Under the pieces are notes generated by a model, which saw only the letters and a program-made list of their open reading frames with translations, was not told the DNA's origin and ran no database searches. Both the position numbers and the translations under genes were made by a program. A DNA stretch of 44,601 nucleotides from Christensenellaceae bacterium. Its GTDB lineage: Bacteria; Bacillota; Clostridia; Christensenellales; Borkfalkiaceae. Below, piece by piece: positions 39,020 through 44,601 of the stretch. Numbering within the stretch: position 1 is the stretch's first letter; every line of letters starts with the position of its first letter. The DNA lies in the NCBI GenBank assembly GCA_045535775.1, contig JAZSMG010000253.1:1-44601 (forward strand), read 5' to 3'.

Positions 39020-40053
39020 TAGAAGCATTTGCCCGTTTTGCAGTCGCCTATTTCGCCACCCTTAAAGCATACCTCGTTGGGGCATTTGCCTTCTGCAATT
39101 ATACTGCAAATATTATTCACGGTGGTTTCTGCAATATTTTCTAAAGCTTCTTCGGTTAAAAATGCTTGGTGAGAGGTTACTATTACGTTGGGCATAGAAA
39201 TAAGTCTTGCTAAAACGTCGTCATCCATAATATGGCCGGAAAGGTCTTCAAAGAAAAAGTCTGATTCTTCTTCGTAAACGTCTAAGCAAGCACCGCCTAC
39301 CTTACGTTCCTTAATGGCGGTAAGCAACGCTTCGGAATCAACTAGCGCCCCGCGTGAGGTGTTAATAATAACAACCCCCTTTTTGCATTTTTCAAGGGCA
39401 GTTTTATCTATTACGTGGTGAGTTTCTTCCGTTAGGGGGCAATGAAGTGAAATAATATCGCTATTTTCAAAAAGCTCGTTAAGTTCTACGTATTTAACCT
39501 TACCGCTAGCTATTAGCCCTTGGTTTGGGAATTTATCAAATGCAAGCACGTTCATTCCAAACCCTTTGCAAATATCAATAAATACTTGGCCTATTCTACC
39601 CGTACCTATAACGCCAACCGTTTTACCGTGAAGGTCAAACCCCGTCATGTTGGCAAGGCTAAAGTTAAAATCGCGGGTGCGAATATACGCCTTGTGTATT
39701 CTTCTTACTATAGTTAAAAGCATTGCAACGGCGTGCTCTGCTACGGCGTAAGGGGAGTATGCAGGCACTCTTACAACGTGAATTTTAGAAAGCGCGTGTT
39801 TTACGTCTACGTTATTAAAGCCCGCGCACCTTAGCGCAATAACCTTAATACCCATTTCGTAAAGCGCATCTATTACCTTGCTATTTGCAACGTCGTTAAC
39901 GAATATGCAAACCCCGTCGAACCCCTTTGCAAGGTAAACGGTATCTTCTGTTAATTTAGTTTCAAAATATTTAAAGCAAACGCCGGCTTTTTTGCCGTAT
40001 TTTTCAAAGGACGGCTTATCGTAAGGCTTTGCATCAAAGAATGCTATTTTCAT
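39019..40053 (-). CDS. ldhA: D-isomer-specific 2-hydroxyacid dehydrogenase (D-lactate dehydrogenase-like) with a 4-Cys C-terminal tail
   Basis: Contains GVIGTGRIGQ (NAD binding), NTSRGALVD and TSHQAF motifs. The tail reads CPNEVCFKGGEIGDCKTGKCF. Confidence 0.8.
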   Translation of the reverse strand: MKIAFFDAKPYDKPSFEKYGKKAGVCFKYFETKLTEDTVYLAKGFDGVCIFVNDVANSKVIDALYEMGIKVIALRCAGFNNVDVKHALSKIHVVRVPAYSPYAVAEHAVAMLLTIVRRIHKAYIRTRDFNFSLANMTGFDLHGKTVGVIGTGRIGQVFIDICKGFGMNVLAFDKFPNQGLIASGKVKYVELNELFENSDIISLHCPLTEETHHVIDKTALEKCKKGVVIINTSRGALVDSEALLTAIKERKVGGACLDVYEEESDFFFEDLSGHIMDDDVLARLISMPNVIVTSHQAFLTEEALENIAETTVNNICSIIAEGKCPNEVCFKGGEIGDCKTGKCF

Positions 40054-40109
40054 AAAAACTCCTTTTTATGTGAGTATGTGAATACGTGTTAAAATTATGC
40101 TTTTATGCC

Positions 40110-40125
40110 GTTAATCGCGCTATAG
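40110..40125 (+). repeat. motif copy GTTAATCGCGCTATAG followed by GCTATCTTTTT
   Basis: Read directly. It ends 1 nt before the ygiQ stop codon (minus strand, 40127-40129), and its ACTTTTT-like tail runs into the ygiQ coding end. Confidence 0.8.
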
Positions 40126-40126
40126 G

Positions 40127-42028
40127 CTATCTTTTTCCGCCCTTTTTACCACCGGTAAAGGGCTTTTTACCCGTAGTTTTTTTATTTTGCGGTTTGGTTT
40201 TGGTTTGGGTAAAGGGCTGTTTGGGGTTGGGGCTGTCGTCTGCAACCAAGCAGTTTTTACCCCTACCTATTAAATCGTATCTTCCCGCCTTTTTAAGCGC
40301 AGAAAGAACGAACGCCTTATTTTCCGGGCGGTAGTACTGAAGTAGCGCGCGCTGTTCAGCCTTTTCTTGCGGTGTTTTGGGAACGTAAACCTCTTCCATA
40401 GTATAGGGATCTAACCCCGTATAGAACATACAGGTAGAAACCGTGCCGGGGGTGGGGTAGAAGTCCTGCACCTGCTCGGGATGAAGATTTTCACTTTTTA
40501 AAAATAAAGAAAGCTCTATTGCGTCCTTTAAAGTGCTTCCCGGGTGTGAAGACATTAAATAGGGAACTAAAAATTGCTTTTTATTAACGCTTTGGGTAAT
40601 TTCGTAAAAGCGTTTTTTAAATCTATTGTAAACCTCTATATTAGGCTTGCCCATTCGCTTAAGCACGTTATTGCTACAATGCTCCGGCGCAACCTTAAGC
40701 TGACCGGAAACGTGATGCTCAACCAGCTCTTTAAAAAAACTTTCGTCCTTATCGGCAATAAGGTAGTCGAAGCGAATACCTGAACGAATGAAAACCTTTT
40801 TAATCTTGGGTAGCTTTCTTAGCTTGCGTAAAAGGGCTAAATAGTCCTCGTGATTAACCTTAACGGCAGGGCAAAGGGTGGGCGCAAGGCATTTTTTATC
40901 CGGGCACATACCGCGTTTTTCCTGACCGTCACAGGAAGGCGCGCGGAAATTTGCGGTTGGTCCGCCAACGTCGTGGATGTATCCTTTAAAGTCCGGCATT
41001 TCGGTAATTTTAACCGCTTCTTCAATAACGGATTGGTGGCTTCTTACGCTAATCTTGCGACCTTGGTGGTATGCAAGCGAGCAAAAATTACAAGCTCCGT
41101 AGCAACCGCGGTTGTGAATAATAGAAAACTTAACCTCTTCTATACCGGGCACTCCGCCAAGCTCTTTATAAGAAGGGTGGTAATCACGCATAAAGGGAAG
41201 AGAATAGGTTGCATCCATTTCTTCGGTGGTAAGCGGTAGGCAAGGCGGGTTTTGAATAACTATTTTATCGCCGTGGCGTTGAATAATTTTTTTACCGCGA
41301 ATTGCATCATGCTCTGCTTGCTGAATAAAGCAAGCCTTGGCGTAATCTCTTTTACCTTGCGGGGTGGGCGCGGAAACCGCCTCAAACGAAGGACATTCTT
41401 TAACGGGCCCGGCCTTATATTCGCTTGTTTTAACTGCGTAGCAAGTACCCAAAATATCGTGAAGCTCTTTTATACTTTCGCCCGCGTTTAAGCGGTTAGC
41501 AATTTCCACGATATGCTTTTCGCCCATGCCGAACATTAAAAGATCAGCGGTGCTATCTAATAAAAGGGAAGGCATAACCTTATCTGCCCAGTAATCGTAA
41601 TGCGCAAATCTACGCAAAGAAGCTTCTAAACCGCCAATAGCAATAGCCACGTCGCCAAAATATTTTCTTATTTCCTTGCAGTAAACGGTAACCGCTCTAT
41701 CCGGTCTAGCGCCCGCTTTACCGCCGGGGGTATAAGCGTCGTCACTTCTTTTTTTCTTGGCGGCGGTGTAGTGCGCCACCATAGAGTCAATATTACCGCC
41801 GTTTACCAAGAAAGCAAGTCTTGGCGCGCCAAACTCCGTATAATCGCTTTTGCTTTTTGGTTGGGAAATAATGCAAACCTTATATCCCTTGCTTTCCAGC
41901 ACGCGTGAAATTATAGCAGTACCAAAGGATGGGTGATCTACGTAAGCATCCCCGGTTACTAAAATAAAGTCCGCCTGAGTCCAACCGCGTTCCAGCATTT
42001 CATTTTTGGTTATTGGTAAAAATGGCAT
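40127..42028 (-). CDS. ygiQ: YgiQ-family radical SAM protein (UPF0313) with Lys-rich tail
   Basis: Contains FLPITKNEMLERGW...DFILVTGDAYVDHPSFG and CYGACNFCS (CxxxCxxC). A GAGGG RBS supports the ATG at 42028. Confidence 0.85.
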   Translation of the reverse strand: MPFLPITKNEMLERGWTQADFILVTGDAYVDHPSFGTAIISRVLESKGYKVCIISQPKSKSDYTEFGAPRLAFLVNGGNIDSMVAHYTAAKKKRSDDAYTPGGKAGARPDRAVTVYCKEIRKYFGDVAIAIGGLEASLRRFAHYDYWADKVMPSLLLDSTADLLMFGMGEKHIVEIANRLNAGESIKELHDILGTCYAVKTSEYKAGPVKECPSFEAVSAPTPQGKRDYAKACFIQQAEHDAIRGKKIIQRHGDKIVIQNPPCLPLTTEEMDATYSLPFMRDYHPSYKELGGVPGIEEVKFSIIHNRGCYGACNFCSLAYHQGRKISVRSHQSVIEEAVKITEMPDFKGYIHDVGGPTANFRAPSCDGQEKRGMCPDKKCLAPTLCPAVKVNHEDYLALLRKLRKLPKIKKVFIRSGIRFDYLIADKDESFFKELVEHHVSGQLKVAPEHCSNNVLKRMGKPNIEVYNRFKKRFYEITQSVNKKQFLVPYLMSSHPGSTLKDAIELSLFLKSENLHPEQVQDFYPTPGTVSTCMFYTGLDPYTMEEVYVPKTPQEKAEQRALLQYYRPENKAFVLSALKKAGRYDLIGRGKNCLVADDSPNPKQPFTQTKTKPQNKKTTGKKPFTGGKKGGKR

Positions 42029-42391
42029 AGTAAAGCCCTCAACAGTAAATTTCTTTTGTAAGTATACCAAAAACTCAAAAAATAATCAACGGTTTTTAGG
42101 CAAACAAGCGCTAATAAAAATAAGGCAGTAAGCAAACGGCCAATTATTTCCACCCTTTTTGCAGTATAAGTAAAGTTAGAATTGATATTAACTAAAAAAT
42201 AACGTAATTTTTAATAAGTATTTTAAAAGCAAAAAATAGCAAAGGGTGTTTTAGTAAGAATATTGCAAAAAGCCTTGAAAAGCAGTTGGTTTTGTGTTAA
42301 AATATAGCTGTAAAAAATGCAATTTACGATTTATAGCCATAAATGCAAACTGTCGGTGTTAAAATTGATAAATATCTTTAAGAGGTGAATT

Positions 42392-42955
42392 ATGAGCAAG
42401 GCAATAGGAATAAAAATTACCAAGGCAGGCGATTTTTACGACGTAGGCGCAAGTAAGTTTTTTGGTGCGCCAACCATTCCGGGCGAGTGGTTAGATGATA
42501 GATTTACCCAAGATGAAATATTTTTTTGCCAAATAAGGCTTTCTGATATTGCAAAGATTGATAGTGAAAACAGGCTTCCCCACGAAGGCTATTTATACTT
42601 TTTCTTGCGCACCGCAAACGGAAAATATGCACTAGAGGCAGTGATTCGTGATTGTTTGGAAAAACCAAGGGTTGCAGTTGATAGGTTTAACGAATGTGTG
42701 GAAGGGTACGAGCATTTAGTTGATGACTACCTAATAGAATTTTTTGAGGTAGATGAGGATTATGAGGGAACTAAACTATTTGGCACACCCTCTTCTTGGC
42801 AGTATGCAGAAAATCCCCCCAAGCTTTTGTTGCAGTTTGATCCACTTGATACGGATGCCGGCTTTTTAAGCGAGGTTGATGGGTATTTATACTTTTTCCT
42901 TGGGGAGGACGAATTGGATTTATCGCAAGTAAAAGCGCATTTGGAGCATAGCTAA
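42392..42955 (+). CDS. DUF1963/YwqG-like protein
   Basis: KFFGAPTIPGEW, FFCQIRLSD and LPHEGYLYFF follow the DUF1963 pattern. An AGAGGTG RBS is present. Confidence 0.65.
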   Translation: MSKAIGIKITKAGDFYDVGASKFFGAPTIPGEWLDDRFTQDEIFFCQIRLSDIAKIDSENRLPHEGYLYFFLRTANGKYALEAVIRDCLEKPRVAVDRFNECVEGYEHLVDDYLIEFFEVDEDYEGTKLFGTPSSWQYAENPPKLLLQFDPLDTDAGFLSEVDGYLYFFLGEDELDLSQVKAHLEHS

Positions 42956-43026
42956 CGGGCTTAGTATAGAAACGGATGCACTAACGAATTTGATTAAAAC
43001 AAATGAATAACAAAGTATTACTAAAC

Positions 43027-43057
43027 GGGCTTTTTTACAAGCCCTTTTATTTTTTTG
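43027..43057 (+). terminator. rho-independent terminator
   Basis: Stem GGGCTT / AAGCCC followed by TTTTATTTTTTT. Confidence 0.7.
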
Positions 43058-43241
43058 CGGTATTATTTTTTGTTTATAGCATAGCCTTGTTAAAAACCGT
43101 ATTGTGTTTGATTGTGGATGAAGGTTAGTGAGTTTTTAGTAAATAGCTTGTTAAAAATGCCAAAAACCCCCTTTGTTTTGTGCAAAAGGTGTGAAATTTT
43201 TTTTATTTTATAAAAAAAGTAAAAAAAGAGTAGGTAAAGTA

Positions 43242-43270
43242 TAGACCTTTACGGTTTTGTGTGCTATAAT
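43242..43270 (+). promoter_or_regulatory. promoter with extended -10
   Basis: TAGACC, a 17 nt spacer ending in TGC, then TATAAT. Confidence 0.45.
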
Positions 43271-43304
43271 AAAAAAGTTAGTAGAAAGAAGGCTTTGTTA
43301 AAAT

Positions 43305-43352
43305 AAGTGGTTGATAAATCAACTATTGTTCGTGCATCGCCTTAAAATTTAC
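43305..43352 (+). repeat. long-form repeat, short-loop copy D (in the 5' UTR)
   Basis: AAGTGGTTGATAAATCAACTATTGTTCGTGCATCGCCTTAAAATTTAC lies between the putative promoter and the RBS of the next gene. Confidence 0.55.
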
Positions 43353-43380
43353 TAATGAAATAAAAGGAGAAATTTTAAAA

Positions 43381-44601
43381 ATGAAAAAAGTAGCGCTATT
43401 ACTGTTGGCAATCGTTTTTGCCTTTATGCTTTTCTCATGTGCAGCACCCGGTGCAGGTGAAAGTGGAGTAACTATAGATCCCGGTCACGAGCACGTTTAC
43501 GATGGTGAATTACAGTATAATGCAACCTCTCACTTCCGCAGATGTAGTTGTGGTAAGGCTGGCATTTCTGAATCTCACGTGGATGAAAATAAAGATGGCT
43601 TTTGTGACGTTTGCGTTTTTGGTTTAGAGGTTATTACCTGTGAACACCAATGGGTTGAATACTGTGATCAAAATAAAACCTGTGCTATTTGCGGTGGTTG
43701 GCAATGGGATAGTATTCGTGGGCACCTTTATGAAGCGGTTGTAACTGCGCCTACTTGTAAGGATGAAGGTTTTACCACTCATACCTGTTCATATTGCGGT
43801 GACGTTTATACCGATACTCCTGTTCCCGCTTTAGGGCACACCCCTGTTGCAGATAGTGCTGTTGCTCCCGATTGTGTAAACACCGGTTTAACGGAAGGCT
43901 CTCACTGCTCGGTTTGTGAAGAGGTAATAGTAGCACAAGAGGTTGTTCCTGCATTAGGTCATACTTGGGTAGCGGCTACTTGTAATGATCCTGCAACCTG
44001 TGGCGTTTGTGGCGAAACAACAGGTGAGGCTATCGGTCACGATGAAGTTGTACACGAAGCAAAAGCTGCTACTTGTACCGCAATTGGTTGGGAAGTATAC
44101 GTAACTTGCTCTCGTTGTGATTACAGCACTTACGAAGAAATCCCTGCATTAGGTCATACTGAAGGTACGGTTGTAGTTGAAAATAACGTAGCGCCCGATT
44201 GTGTAAGCGATGGCTCTTATGATAACGTTGTTTACTGTACCGTTTGTAACGAAGAACTAAGCAGAGAAACTGTTACCGTTGACGCTTTAGGTCATACTGA
44301 AGGTACGGTTGTAGTTGAAAACAACGTAGCGCCCGATTGTGTAAACGCTGGCTCTTACGATAACGTTGTTTATTGTACCGTTTGCGGTGAAGAGTTAAGT
44401 AGAAAAACTGTTACTGTTGATGCTTTAGGTCATACTGAAGGTACGGTTGTAGTTGAAAATAACGTAGATCCTGATTGTGTAAGCGCTGGCTCTTATGATA
44501 ACGTTGTTTACTGTACCGTTTGTAACGAAGAACTAAGCAGAGAAACTGTTACCGTTAACGCATTAGGTCATAAGCCTGGCGCGGAAGCAACTTGTACCAC
44601 C
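43381..44601 (+). CDS. Cys-rich repeat surface lipoprotein (partial, runs off the window)
   Basis: Absent from the ORF track because no stop is reached. An AAGGAG RBS is present and the signal peptide ends LFSC. The open frame covers 407 codons, with recurring ALGH...C...G......C..C modules. Confidence 0.8.
   Translation, partial: MKKVALLLLAIVFAFMLFSCAAPGAGESGVTIDPGHEHVYDGELQYNATSHFRRCSCGKAGISESHVDENKDGFCDVCVFGLEVITCEHQWVEYCDQNKTCAICGGWQWDSIRGHLYEAVVTAPTCKDEGFTTHTCSYCGDVYTDTPVPALGHTPVADSAVAPDCVNTGLTEGSHCSVCEEVIVAQEVVPALGHTWVAATCNDPATCGVCGETTGEAIGHDEVVHEAKAATCTAIGWEVYVTCSRCDYSTYEEIPALGHTEGTVVVENNVAPDCVSDGSYDNVVYCTVCNEELSRETVTVDALGHTEGTVVVENNVAPDCVNAGSYDNVVYCTVCGEELSRKTVTVDALGHTEGTVVVENNVDPDCVSAGSYDNVVYCTVCNEELSRETVTVNALGHKPGAEATCTT
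44146..44559 (+). repeat. three near-identical 138 nt (46 codon) coding tandem repeats
   Basis: GC(A/T)TTAGGTCATACTGAAGG recurs at 44146, 44284 and 44422. A fourth, diverging unit starts at 44560. Confidence 0.9.

Noticed and set aside
40086-41491. Several plus-strand ORFs (40086-40334, 40574-40783, 40850-41239, 41252-41491) opposite ygiQ.
   Set aside because: All lie antisense within a clearly homologous radical-SAM gene. I see no RBS and no recognisable motifs.
44146-44559. The regular 138 nt repeats as a CRISPR-like array.
   Set aside because: The repeats are contiguous with no spacers, in frame, and encode a Cys-rich protein module.

Overview
This 44.6 kb window looks like chromosomal DNA from a spore-forming Firmicutes/Clostridia-like genome. 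That assignment is an inference from the yabP-yabQ-divIC block, AT-rich intergenic regions, GGAGG-type ribosome-binding sites and many lipobox signal peptides. Most genes are housekeeping or envelope functions. They include miaA, gyrB-gyrA, nagB, a GH43 hydrolase, two tandem mgtE Mg2+ channels, D-2-hydroxyacid dehydrogenase, a YgiQ radical-SAM protein, a Ppx/GppA-family phosphatase, a patatin-like lipase, a CNNM/CorC-type protein and a redox cluster (four-domain flavodiiron protein, 4Fe-4S protein, aldo/keto reductase-FeS). There are also several large Cys-rich or LRR surface lipoproteins. I found no rRNA, tRNA, CRISPR array, transposase or recognisable defence system. The main signal the genes do not explain lies in the intergenic DNA. 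(1) A short motif, GTTAATCG-NN-CTATAG, usually followed by N4-6 and ACTTTTT, occurs at least 16 times, almost always between genes or across stop codons. (2) A longer hairpin-bearing repeat occurs 4-5 times, and its 3' tail resembles that motif. (3) A roughly 65 nt leader is shared by both mgtE paralogues; it has an identical first hairpin and a compensatorily changed second hairpin, and it is too short to be an M-box. (4) Two near-identical 35 nt direct repeats bracket a small module made of an XRE regulator and two paralogous acidic anchored proteins. Other oddities are a DUF4886-type lipoprotein gene split by one in-frame TAA, a 203 nt yabQ/divIC overlap, an acidic insertion in the GyrA C-terminal domain, and 138 nt coding tandem repeats at the right edge. 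All functional calls rest on motifs I recognise in the translations. No database search was run.
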